NCBI RefSeq assembly: GCF_002113885.1
Contig: NW_018403537.1
Location: 66,025-130,024, forward strand
Source of the DNA: Mizuhopecten yessoensis
Taxonomy: Eukaryota
Direction: 5' to 3'
DNA length: 64,000 nt
The position numbers were made by a program, and so were the translations under genes. Under the pieces are notes generated by a model. That model saw only the letters and a list, made by a program, of their open reading frames with translations. It made no database searches and was not told the origin of the DNA. Below, in pieces: positions 11,351 to 23,067 of this stretch (within the stretch, counting starts at the first letter, position 1; the number at the start of each line of letters is the position of its first letter).

Positions 11351-14300
11351 GTATGTATCTTATATCTACAATATGATATTCCTCATTACATAAATCTTCA
11401 CTTCTTAGATAATATATAAATAATGCCTTACGTAAATAATAAAATATATATACTTTTCAAAGAATCGCTCTTGTTTGATGATGGGGGAAAAATTAATAAA
11501 GGAAGGGCATCTTCCACCTGATGCTTCATAATTTGATGTCAGGGATGAGGCATTCCTATTGTCATTTACTGTACAGTATGTGTTCCAGCTAGCAAAGAAA
11601 TATGCAGCACCCTATCCTTGCATCCTCGATATCCAGGGGTAATGCTCACTGTCGCTATCTGCACCCTTGGAATTTGTCATGGCAAAATTGAAGGCACGAA
11701 GATAGCTGTTTGATAAGTCTCAGGTAAAAAAACTGTCCAGTCGCTAGGCTGATACCTGTCCTTTGAAGATTACAAAGGAGCAACACTCGACTTCAAAGCC
11801 TGTCAATTTTTACCTTACGCAACCGCGAGATTCTTTTGATGTACATCAAAGTATCGAACTATATAGTCTTCTTGCATTCGTCTCATCAACAAGGTGGCGC
11901 ACACTGAGCTTTCAATTTTGCTATGACACATTCCAGGTGTGCAGAGAACAAAAGTGAGCGAAACCCCTGGATATCGTGAATGCCCATCCTTGGTACTCCA
12001 GGGGTTATGCTCACTTTTGCATGTTCATCAAGGATCAAAGAACTCTTCTCGTCTCATAGGAATTGTGGTGCACACTAGTATATTGAGCCTTCAATTTTGT
12101 CATGACATATTCTAGATAGAGGTGCAGAGAGAGAAAATGTGCATACACCTTTACATCCTGTCTTCACTTTTGAAGTTGCTGTAACTGTAAGATTTTATAT
12201 ATTTCAGAGGCCATTGTGGTTGTTCTCGATTCCCAGGCAGCAGAAATCCGTAAGGCCTTGGTGGGAGTGAAGCTTCGCCTAGACTTTGTCAGCATACCTG
12301 ATGCCAATTACTGGGGTACCGCTGACTCCCTTAGATACCTCAAGGACAAAGTCAAGGTATAGTGGTCCTATTAAGGTGTAAGCACATGCTGGAAATGAGG
12401 GGCATAAAATGTATGCAGGCATTTTAACGCTTTAAGTTTTATAAATACAAATTTTATAGTACAGATGAGTACCGTTATTTAGCCACCATTATTCAGTTGT
12501 CCTACTATCCAGTCAGATTTTTAGGGGACACATTGACTCTTTATCCAGCCAGAGTTTTAGGGGACACATTGACTCTTTATCCAGCCAGAGTTTTAGGGAA
12601 CAGATTTACCCCACACTCATCAAGTGTTTTAGGGGTTCAGATTGGCTTACTATCAAGCCAGAGTTTAAGAAAACAGATATACCGAATATCCAGTCAGTGT
12701 TTTAGGGGACATATTGACCCATTATATCCTCCCATTGTTTTAGGGGAAAGATCCCCCGGTAGCTATCCAGCCAGTGTTTTAGGGGACAGATTGTCCCACT
12801 ATCCAGCCAATGTTTTAGTTGAGTGATTGACCTACTTCGATCGTTAATTCCTAACCAGTCTTTCAGTTGACAGGTTGACCTTCTTCCTAACGAGTGTTTT
12901 AGGGGACCCAACTATCCCTCATTTTAGTCACATTTGCTTGAGACAAAGGTGAATGGATTATCAAGACACAACCTTATATATATGTTAACTTAATTTAGAC
13001 TATGGTAATGTGACATTATTCCATTGATGATATGGACTTGTCTGCAATGATACTGTTTAACTTGTTTTCTTGCGAAGGAAATGGAACATTTATTTGTAAT
13101 AGGTACTGAAACTTCCTTGTTTGCAGAGACAGGAACCTGCATATAAAGAAATGTTCATCAGACATTGCAAAGCAGACTACTGGTATGTTAACTTTGTATT
13201 TACTTAACATATTATAAACTTTAAAAAAACACAGTCTGTAATTCATCTTTTTACTGGCTTTACAGAGGGACCTGCTGATCATCAGTTGTGATCTGATAAC
13301 AGACATCTCCATCCATCAAATAGCCAACATCCACCGGAAGTACGACGCCACAGTGACCATGCTGCTGTCCCCTATACCCTCCCAGTACAGAGACATCCCC
13401 ACCCCGGGGCCCAAGGCGAAGAAAAGATCAGGTACCAACTGAACAATCATTAATCCTGGCTTACCCAACAGTAAATCTGGTTCATACCCTATGTAATAAT
13501 TCTTATGCTCTATGATTGGTTGGTTGAGTTTGAAGTGAATAAAAAATGTTGTTTGTATAAACAGTAGAAAACATCCACTTTATTATCACTGTAAAACCTT
13601 ATACATTTTTTGTACATGTTTTTTTCTGTTTGAAATTCAATATACTGTAGTAATTCTTTAAATTTTCATATGTGATGAATAGTTATACAGTATATTTTGA
13701 TGTTCCTTATGTGTGTGCTTAAGTGATCACATACGTGTAATATTAATCATTTTTGTTCCTACAGAGAGAGATTTCGTCGGTTTTGATGAGCAGGGTGATC
13801 GAGTTCTATTCATGGCATCAGAAGCAGACTTAGATGAAAATATAAAATTCCGAAAATCAGTGTTAAAAAGGTGGGAAATGGTCACTTCTGTCTGCAGCGA
13901 ATAACTGAGAAAATGTATATTTTTGTTACTCTAAAAAAGCATTTACCAATTCACACCTAATTTCGTTTATATCTGAGAATAGCAAAAGGTTTTAAAAAAT
14001 GTTCAATAAACTGTAGAATTTTCAATAAAATGTCTAGGATATAATGCCTAGGATTACAGTGCTTCTATCTAAATTTTACTCATTTTGTTGTTGATATTTT
14101 TACTAAGTTATCTCCCTTAGATACCTTTTATACATGTGATGGTTGCATTATTGATTCACGATCATCTGAATGTAAGTTATGTTTGCTTTCTAGTGTTCCT
14201 TTCAAATGTTTCCTCAATTAGCTAACCCCCATCGTCAAAATTCCAGGGGTTACACTTACTTATCAAGGCATGAAGTATGTTATTTGATTGGTTTCAGGTA

Positions 14301-17300
14301 AAAAAATAATACCGATCAATTTTTTAGGCTGATGACTTTTAATTGTTTGGAGATTACTGAGTGGCACCCGGCTTCAAAGCCGGTCAAATTTTAACATAAC
14401 ACATCCATGGACTTCTTTTAATGCATATAAAAAGATCAGACTAATCATATGTATCATCCACTGACAGTGTGGTGCACACAGAACCGTCAATTTTGTCAGG
14501 ACATATTCCAGGGGTGTGGAGAACGTAAGAGAGAGTAATACCTGAAATATTTAAGATGATCAACCCAATATTACCATTAAAAAAAAAAAATGTTAAATTC
14601 AAAATTATCTTATGCCCAGGTGGTACTCTTTCATGTGACAATCAGCTTCTGTTCCGGTTTAGAAGGAAAAAATCAACTAGCTGATTCTTTCCCCGGGGAA
14701 GAAATAGGCTAGCTGATTGTTTTCCTCGGGGGAATGAATCAGTTAGCCAATACTTTTCCCCCTCTGTATAAGTTAATAGGGGGAAACTGTTGGCTTTCTG
14801 ATTCTGTCACCCCTATGTATTAGTTAATAGGGGGGAAGCTATATTGGCTAGTNNNNNNNNNNNNNNNNNNNNNNNNNNNNNNNNNNNNNNNNNNNNNNNN
14901 NNNNNNNNNNNNNNNNNNNNNNNNNNNNNNNNNNNNNNNNNNNNNNNNNGGGGGGGGGGGGAGAGTTGGCAGCTGTTACACTGGTACTTTTAAAAGAAGG
15001 ATATTAGTATAAAATGGGAATGCTTGTCCCTGATTTTTTTTTTACCTTTTTCAACCTCGAGCAAGAGGATAAGTCCAACATAAATAAATTTAACACTTAA
15101 TGAATTGATTTTAAACAGAATGCCAAGAACTGGTCGACAAGTTCTATTTTTTCTGTATTATTTTTAGTTTGTTTTTGTTTTCAGACATCCTTTCCTGAAC
15201 ATAAAATCAGGTTTAACAGATTGCCATATGTACATTATGAAGAAATGGGTTGTGGATTTTCTTGATTCAAGGTAAATATGATTTATATACAATTGTACAA
15301 TAAAGTAAGCCAGTGGACAAAAAAGGCCAACAACAAATTGTACAGTGAAAACTTGGTTATCCTGGTACCATCATTATCAGGAGATAATATTGAACCACCT
15401 TCATTCTAAGAAGATAGTCCAGCCACCATCATTCCCAGCAGTTGCAGCTGGATGTAAAACAGTTGGGATTCTAGCTTATGTATAGGACAGTTATGTTTGG
15501 AGAAAGTTCAGTCTATCCAGAAAGCAATGGCAGGATGGTAGCTGGATTAACAATGATCATGAGAAACAATTGAATTCAGTAGTAGAGACCAACATTTTTT
15601 AAGTTGATTTATTTCAGCGTTATGATGTACATGTATATATATTGAACAACTAATAAAAAAAAAAAATTGTAGGAATTCTTTTTATTTAATGCAGTATATC
15701 AGGACAAGATGACTAAGAAATTCTGTTTTTATTCTATATTAACAGTAAAGCGATCTCGTCTATAAAAGGAGAACTTATTCCATACTTAATAAAAAAGCAG
15801 TTCTCCAAACCTAAAGCCAGCTGTGATGTGGGGAAGGCAAACATGTCGGTGGTGTCGGAGGACGTTCGACCAGGTACATTTTTATCTCAAAAGGAATTAC
15901 AAGTGAAACCTCCTTTTCTTGTCCTTTTTGTCTCGCTGTGACTTAGGTGTTGCTTTTCCGACGACGATGGCGGCGTCAACATTAAGTTTTTGTGTTTAAG
16001 TTAGTTCCTCTAAAAGAGTATAAGTTTGTGTTTAAGTTAGTTTCTCTGAAAGTATAAGTGCTAGACCAACCAAACTTGGACCATAGATTAAGTTTTTGCA
16101 TTTAAGTTAGTTTCTCTGATATGTGTGTTGATGGTCAAAGCGGGGCATAGGCGAGACATATCAATCCGAATGGCTTTTTTGAAATGAGATAAACTGTTTA
16201 AGTTATATAAATCTTTTGTAAACATACATCGATAAATTGTGCAGTTTGTTTGTCTCCCTTTGAATGGCAACATACTGTAATACCACGGCTGTACATTTTT
16301 AAGCACAGGGGAACACAGGTAAGGTTTTCAGTTTTGGAACAAAAACTTCAAAGATAATGCAGGATCATTGCAAACCTGGCTGTTGCTCTAGAAGGGATAT
16401 TCAACTCACTGGCAGATACAAATTGCAAGATGATAATTCTAAAGTAATTTAGCTACTAAATGTAACTATCTTTTCCTTGAATGGAATGTATGTTTTGATA
16501 GTTGTGATTGAGATTTGGGAAAATATGAAAAAGAATAAAAATTATAATTGAATTTAAACAATCTTGCCCTACCATCACCATATGAAATTTATGATTAACA
16601 ACAAGACCTTCTTTTTCCTTCAGATATATTCACATTTTCAAAAGTTGATGAAATAACAGAGAAAATAAGAGAAATGTCCACCTGGATTGATCATAGGGGT
16701 GACATGGAGGACTGCTTCCATCACAACCCGATTCGATGTTACGCACACGTACAGAGTGATGGATTCTGTGTGAAGGCAAACACAGTTGCTGCTTACAACG
16801 AGTCTAACAAACAGGTAGGCCAGGTTGTACTTACGTTGTATATATATGGCACCCTGGTAAACAAAACTAGTTGTTTCCTACCAACCCGGCGAGGGAGAAT
16901 TTTTCTTCAGCTCATTTGTAGAGTGTTAGGCTAGTAAGCAAGAGGTCACGGATTCGACTCAAAGCGGAGTCATGGACAAAATCATGATCTTTGTTACATT
17001 AGCGTCTATGTAGGGACCCGGGAAATGTTGACAAAATATCCAGCGATACTTTCACATGAATAAAAATATCCCCAAGAAAAAAACGGGGCAAGTTATTTCT
17101 TGGAGGGAGAATATGTCACTCTGGTAAAATACTAGCCACTTCCTACCGAGCTTTAGCTCATTTGGTAGAGTGTAACTCCTAACAGATCTACTGAAAACTA
17201 CTGACCTCTGTTACATATAGATCATATATGCACAGTTCTAAAGGACAATTAAAGCTTGCATAATCTTATAAGGAAATTATTCATCATGTTAATGTAATTT

Positions 17301-20300
17301 TGGATGGAAATACATATTTCACATTCTATTACAAATTTACGGATGATTGTGGTTCAATAACAACCAGTTATTCACTTAAAACTGGCATGCATTCTGACCT
17401 ATGTTTGATATCTTTAATATTACTGACCATATGCTCAACAACAAGTGTTTTAAACATTTGATTAAGATCAGAGAATGGTAAATGTATTTATAATACCAGC
17501 CTGTTGGGACATCACAGGCTGAAGGAATCATGCCATGACAACAGGTATAAATTGTTGGGATATAAGTTATAACATACTGGAAAATCGTCCATTACTAAAG
17601 AATTTGATCCATTTGATTATTTGACAAGATTATCAAATATTATTTTACAGTTTTCTTTAAAACAAAGTCATTTAAAAATAAACTTTATTCTTTATGTAAT
17701 AGATAACATTTCCTGATAACAAGGAGGGAACATTTTTAAACAAGTTGAGTAGATTTGAGACAAAGTTTAATAAGAAAGCATTGGATAAGTTTGAGAGACT
17801 TTTTTGATAAATAAAAGTTAACGCGTACGTCTGCTGTTGGATGACATCACACAGTCATGTGACCTGTACATTTGTTGTAGATCCCAAGGGTTTTAGCAGA
17901 CCTGGCCAGTGAAAAGGAGACTATTGTTGTTCACCCTTCTACGTCAATAAAGGGCAAGTCACAGGTGTGTACATATGAGATATTAGAATTAAGACAGATT
18001 TCTTTAATCTTTAAGATTCTATTTACTATTCATTAGTATAAGTACAAGCACCAGATCGATATGTTAATGCAAGCTCTAACTTAAGAAATGTATGTGTAGG
18101 TTCATTATTATATTCTCATCAGAGATTAAAAGATACAAGAAAATAGTATCAGGGCTTGGTAGTCCTCCCACTAGGCTTAACATTTTATCTTCAAATTGTT
18201 GAAGTTGGTCAGTACCATTTAGAAGAACTGCTCAATCAAGACAGCAGGTGTGTTGCAGAACAAATCTTTTATGAGATGTTTTAAATATTTGAAGGTTGGA
18301 ACAGACTGTTTGGTAGCGGAAGGTGCACAGATTGGAGAGAAGACGTCAGTAAAGAGGTCAATTATAGGCAAACACTGCACGATTGGAGACAAGGTCAAAA
18401 TTGCTAACTCTGTCATCCTTGATCATGTCTCAATACTGGAAGGGTGAGATTTTATTTTTATTAATTCTCCTGATGTAAAAGCTTCTGTTTTGAGTATACA
18501 ATATTTATTTTGAAGCTTTTAAATCTGAATATAACACATTATATCTGAGTGAGCTGATTTAGTGGGCCATATATTGTATATGTTCAGTCATAAGTCCTTG
18601 GCTAGTTAATTTACTGTCTGTCAGGCTGTTTTTTTTTCAGTATCAAACATTCACCATATTTGCAAGATAATGATGAAATTACAATAAAGTGAATGAAAAA
18701 TTTTGTGAGCGAAAAAAATATATCGTTCAAACACTTGTATTAAGTTGGTGTACAGTTCGTATTAGCATGATCCTCAGCAAATAAATCAGGTACGACTCTC
18801 ACAATTGGACTTTGAAGGAGACACATCATAACGAATTAAAAAAAAATCAAAAACTGTATCATTGATGCCCAGTATTTGTGTGGCATTAAGAAGCAAAAAT
18901 GTTTCAGATTGTTTTTGGTTCTAAATGTAAATCACATTTGGTTTTATTACCTCCCTTCAATCAGGGATATCATTTAATCATTTAACATTTGATTATGTGC
19001 ATTTGTCAGGTGCAATATTCAAGGCAGTCTTATCGGGGCAAGGTCTACTGTGAACGAGAAATGTGAACTAAAGGACTGCATAGTTGGACATGGACAGAAC
19101 ATTAATACAATGGGTAAGTTGAATAAATTACACAAAAAAACACCTAATGAGCGTTTTTTTTTATTGGTTAAATATTTCAAATATTTCTGCAAAAATTGAA
19201 ATTTGTGGAATTATTGTATATATTGTTGGGTGCTACTTTATTTATTTTATCCCTGCAACAAAATTCAAGGGGTAATACTGCAATCATGTTGTCCGTCTGC
19301 CCTTAGATGGAATCATATCCAGACTATTTCTTGTACAGATTCAGATTTCATCTCAGTATCTTGCAACTCCATCTCATGCAGTCACCTCAACCTTTAACTG
19401 CTCATGTGTGCTTACGTTTTCCATTTGGCTATTTTCTTATGGGAGTTATGTCCCCTTTTCAAATCTTTAAGCAAAATGTAATAATTCCTCCTACAGTTTT
19501 CATTCAGATTTTGTGATTCTCCAGATATAATAACCACACTTTGCAGTTGTGTACCTGACCTTACTATTTTTTATTTCAATACTTTCTTTTTAACAGAGTT
19601 ATACCCCTTTTGTAAAATTATTTGGCCGGTTTCGTTATTGCGATCTTAATGGTTAACCGGTTGGATGAGAGTTATCTGTTTATGAAATAAGGTCAGACTA
19701 ATATATCAGTAATCAGCTGCTGCTTTCAGGAGAGTTTGACCAAGCCTTGCAAGGCCTGAATAAACTTTTGCAGATCTGCCAGGATTTATACCTGAAAATG
19801 TTACATTTAAAAAAAGAACGATGTGCCGGTTGTTCTGCATGAACGAACAGGCCCTTAGTCATATTTCCTGAAAACATACATGTATATTGATATAGTTTTT
19901 CTATGGGAGCTGTACCTCTAGTACATGTATCATCTTATGCAAAAATTTAGAAATTTTGTATCCATGCTTGGTACATTTATAGATGGTATTGCAAGTGTAA
20001 TATATTTTTTATTTCAAATTCTTTTTCAATGTTATGTCCCTTATTTGTTTCTGTTTAAGCTCAGGGTAAAGTAACTGCTATAGTTTTCTCACATGGAGCT
20101 ATTTTTTGTGGAAAAGTATCGGTTTCCAAACTTTTCATCTCGCAAATAGTTAGATGCTTTACAGTATTTGATATGGAGATATAGAAATATCGAAAATAAA
20201 CAGAATTGCACTGGGGTTGTACATTTACCAGGACAGCGAGTCAAATGGTTACTTGAGTACAAGTATTAAGCCCAAGTATATAGAGGCCATATGTTTGTTT

Positions 20301-20457
20301 AAATCTGATATAAACAGCTAGTCAATTATCTAAACACTTCTCTTCATAAAAATATAATAAATTCAACTACACTCTGTTGTCTGACTAAAACGTTTCTGTT
20401 GCAGGGAAATTCACAAATGAGGCTATAACTGGTATTGACAGAATGATGGAGATCTAG
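11200..20457 (+). CDS. EIF2B3: Translation initiation factor eIF2B subunit gamma, 11 coding exons, 455 aa
   Basis: Exons 11200-11350, 12208-12356, 13266-13431, 13765-13870, 15185-15271, 15746-15873, 16624-16814, 17881-17964, 18295-18443, 19010-19113, 20405-20457. All introns are GT-AG and phase-compatible; total 1368 nt. Protein begins MEFQPVIMAAGRGTRM..PKALLPVGNLP (nucleotidyltransferase-like), contains GTADSLR, SCDLITD, SEADLDE, SSIKGELIPYL and a C-terminal hexapeptide left-handed beta-helix, and ends RMMEI*. Confidence 0.97.
11621..11982. mobile_element. MITE with ~75-bp imperfect TIRs and 10-bp TSD; second degenerate copy at 11985-12150
   Basis: CATCCTCGATATCCAGGGG...CCCCTGGATATCGTGAATG; flanks CCTATCCTTG / CCCATCCTTG. 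Confidence 0.75.
12208..12356 (+). CDS. EIF2B3: EIF2B3 coding exon 2
   Basis: tttcag|EAIVVVLDS...WGTADSLRYLKDKVK|gtatag. Confidence 0.95.
12495..12920. repeat. 36-bp minisatellite in an EIF2B3 intron
   Basis: Unit TATCCAGCCAGAGTTTTAGGGGACACATTGACTCTT, ~11 diverged copies. Confidence 0.85.
13266..13431 (+). CDS. EIF2B3: EIF2B3 coding exon 3
   Basis: ttacag|RDLLIISCDLITD...PGPKAKKRS|gtacc. Confidence 0.95.
13765..13870 (+). CDS. EIF2B3: EIF2B3 coding exon 4
   Basis: ctacag|ERDFVGFDEQGDRVLFMASEADLDENIKFRKSVLK|gtggg. Confidence 0.95.
14635..14984. mobile_element. Tandem-repeat-containing DNA element spanning the gap (Ginger1-like end)
   Basis: Internal TTCCCC..GGGGAA repeats; right end CTGTTACA|CTGG resembles a TGT..ACA terminus with a CCGG target; left end degenerate. 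Confidence 0.4.
14853..14949. other. Assembly gap (97 N)
   Basis: Run of N next to poly-G; single N also occur at 9905, 28563 and 53367, each near a G-run. Confidence 0.99.
15185..15271 (+). CDS. EIF2B3: EIF2B3 coding exon 5
   Basis: tttcag|HPFLNIKSGLTDCHMYIMKKWVVDFLDS|gtaaa. Confidence 0.93.
15746..15873 (+). CDS. EIF2B3: EIF2B3 coding exon 6
   Basis: aacag|KAISSIKGELIPYLIKKQFSKP...EDVRP|gtaca. Confidence 0.93.
15925..16180 (+). mobile_element. Helentron-associated element (HINE) remnant
   Basis: T-run insertion site; subterminal inverted repeat TGTCTCGC/GCGAGACA; GGC-type microsatellite; internal repeats. Confidence 0.6.
16624..16814 (+). CDS. EIF2B3: EIF2B3 coding exon 7
   Basis: ttcag|DIFTFS...IRCYAHVQSDGFCVKANTVAAYNESNKQ|gtagg. 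Confidence 0.93.
16847..17215 (+). mobile_element. Mini LTR retroelement (TRIM) with tRNA-like LTRs in an EIF2B3 intron
   Basis: LTR1 16847-16998 and LTR2 17114-17215, both TG..TGTTACA; PBS-like TTAGCGTC after LTR1; PPT GGAGGGAGAATA before LTR2; TATA on both flanks; AGCTCATTTGGTAGAG A box and GGATTCGACTC B box. Confidence 0.8.
17881..17964 (+). CDS. EIF2B3: EIF2B3 coding exon 8
   Basis: ttgtag|IPRVLADLASEKETIVVHPSTSIKGKSQ|gtgtgt. Confidence 0.9.
18295..18443 (+). CDS. EIF2B3: EIF2B3 coding exon 9 (beta-helix)
   Basis: tgaag|VGTDCLVAEGAQIGEKTSVKRSIIGKHCTIGDKVKIANSVILDHVSILE|gtgag. Confidence 0.92.
19010..19113 (+). CDS. EIF2B3: EIF2B3 coding exon 10
   Basis: gtcag|CNIQGSLIGARSTVNEKCELKDCIVGHGQNINTM|gtaag. 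Confidence 0.93.
19245..19615 (+). mobile_element. HINE/Helitron-like remnant
   Basis: ttatccctgcaac..ggggtaatactgcaatc..gtccgtctg head and repeated ggagttatgtcccct-type units. Confidence 0.55.
19624..19854. mobile_element. MITE with GGCC...GGCC termini, copy 2 (last EIF2B3 intron)
   Basis: Homologous to 8150-8362. Confidence 0.7.
20405..20457 (+). CDS. EIF2B3: EIF2B3 terminal coding exon 11
   Basis: ttgcag|GKFTNEAITGIDRMMEI*; AATAAA signals follow at ~20625 and ~20746. Confidence 0.93.
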
Positions 20458-21078
20458 AGTTGTGGTTAGTTTGAACTGGTTCAGTAAGTGACAGACAACA
20501 GCTGTGCTGTGTGATGTGTGAAAATTAAAAAAAATTGAACATGGACACTTTCAAACTGAAGCCATCAAACACAACAACTCAGTATTAGAATTTTTATACA
20601 GTTCATTTTTTTGTTTTCAAAGAAAATAAATCACAATTCTGATACTTTACCCACTGGTGTTTGCCTCTTTGTGAAACCTAAAGATGCTGTCAGCTTTTAG
20701 AATGTTAAACTGAATACATATATTTGATGATTAATTGTAGAAAAGGAATAAATTAAATTACAATTAAGGATCTCTGTCCAACTGACTAGTAAAACACTAG
20801 AAAAGTCCACTTACTTTTTTCGTAAATACAGTAACCTCCCCTTAATTTCATTTTGATATAACTGAAGCGACACTGGGTCAGGATACTTCCATTGACCACG
20901 TAGCTTAGGATCAGTTGGTAGAGCGAAAGTATATATAGTTAATATGGTGCCAACTTTGTTCTGGTCTTTTCACTCGGATCATTGTTGTATACAAAAAATC
21001 ATCTTTAGTAAATTTTCCATATAAGTTCCACAGTGAGGTTTTCTTTTTCAGAAATCATTTATGAAATATTTTGAAAGC

Positions 21079-21255
21079 TATTCCGTCTTTTCGTATTGCA
21101 GAGTTATCTGCTCTTGATTGTTACATCATTTGTTTGTGAGAGTAACGTCATCAATTTTTGAGAAAACGACTTAATTTTCTCACACAAACCAATGACGTAA
21201 CAATCAATACCTGCTCACAAAAGAAGATAACTCTGCAACACGCAAAGACAGAATA
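21079..21255. mobile_element. Palindromic MITE between the convergent 3' ends
   Basis: TATTCCGTCTTT..TTGCAGAGTTATCT..TTGATTGTTAC arms mirrored by GTAACAATCAA..AGATAACTCTGCAA..AAAGACAGAATA. Confidence 0.75.
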
Positions 21256-22930
21256 ATCGTTCCAGAAGTAATTAGTTTACAATGCAAAGATATATTTTTG
21301 GTCAGTGGCACAGGAATCATTAATGTATAATGAAGAAGGAAAAACAAAGACATTTTGTTTGAAATACATAATTTATTTAATATCAAAACAAATCAACAAA
21401 TAATAAAAGATTTGCAAGTTTAACAGATGTGAATGTATACACTTGTACATAAAAGATGAAGAGCATAGAAAATGTTTCTATTGTTGCACACAGCTTACAC
21501 AAAACCCACTGTATCAAATTAACGGAAAAAAGATTTGTCACATATAGCAATGCTTTAGTTGGTTTTTGGTATGTAAAGCATGTACACACACCAACCCTGT
21601 GTCTGTACTTGGCATAAGTGTCTAACTTCTTGGCACATTATTTGGTAAAGTGAACTGGTTGCCTTGTGCATTGTAAATATACATGTAGTGTAATTGGCAA
21701 TTGAATTTTCTGACATAAGGATTTTAAATTTGCTCTTCATTTATAAAAACCATTCTGAGCTAACAGGCTGTGTAATATTTGAATAACAAGTATTACTATA
21801 TATAACTACAGTGTATAAGATGTGTCTTTTTTATAGTAAGACACATGGGGTTTCCTTTTGACAGTGAAAACCTGTGTATAAGAATAAACCATATAGGATA
21901 TAGGACATTAAGATCATCACTTAATAAATAAAGCATCAGTTAATAAAAAAAAAAAATGAAAAAAATACGCAGTAAATCTCATGTGCATATGGACGGCTTT
22001 TGTGTATGAATTTTATAACAAGGTCTAATCACAGAATTTGAATTTGTCACGGTGTACCTTTAATAAAATATATATACTGTATCCATATAAACTGTTAATG
22101 AATAGCTTATTATGTAGGCCAATCACATGGTTCATTAAAAATTTAGTCTTTGGTTCTTTTGAAATAAAGTCATGAATACAAAAAATAGACTATGTATGAA
22201 GCAGATGTCAGTTTTAGGCCCCAGATCTAGGGCTGTATGCTTTAGGCAAAATATCTTCTGGTTTATTTTGTACGGACATTCTTTCAGTGAATCTAAGTAA
22301 ACCAGACAGGAACTAAATCATGAAAGGATTTAAACTTAAGTTCAAAATTCAATTTTCATTAATTTCTTTTACTTTCCACATATTAAAATGTAATATTTAG
22401 ATATTTCATTTTAAACATTGATAATTCATTAAGTTTGAAATTTGCACTTTAGTCTATTAAAGGCTGTTCATGTGTTATTTAAACAAGGCGAAACATTTGT
22501 GTCAATATCACAGCATCGTTTTTAAAGGATTAATTGAGACATTGGTTTCCAACACATGAAAAAAGAAATAACTGTTTCACAGTTAATTACGGATTCATTT
22601 TTCATGTTAATAGAAGAATAAAAGAAATCTGTAAAATCTGGCTGATTTAACATACTTTGCTTCAGTTTTGGCTGTAATATAGATATATATACGTAAAATG
22701 TCTCCATCTGTCAGTTGTCTTTAAGGTACAGTCCATCAAATGTCAACAAATCTTGGGTCCAAGACAAAAATATACAGTGTCCAGTAACATAAGCATAATG
22801 CTTACATCTGTATATATAGCAGATGTTCACTGCCCACACTGAAGATGCCAAGTAGTTCAAGATCTATTTCTTACAACATGTCAAGTAGAAAGTGATATTG
22901 CCATGCAGTTAATTGCAGAGTACAGACGTT

Positions 22931-23067
22931 TTAACACCGTGGTAGAATCAGGCAGTGGTTGGCTAGAGGGGGTCTCCACTTAGCATCCTTGAAGTCCTGA
23001 AGGAATTTATTAAATGTCAAACTGTCAATGTTCTTCCCTGTTCCACTTTTCCTTTCTACGTACATAC
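22931..23067 (-). CDS. SAMD15: SAMD15-like exon 4
   Basis: ttacag|GMYVERKSGTGKNIDSLTFNKFLQDFKDAKWRPPLANHCLILPRC*. Confidence 0.9.

Noticed and set aside
12497-12826. ORF with YPARVLGDTLTL repeats
   Set aside because: Translation of an intronic 36-bp minisatellite; not needed for the complete EIF2B3 frame
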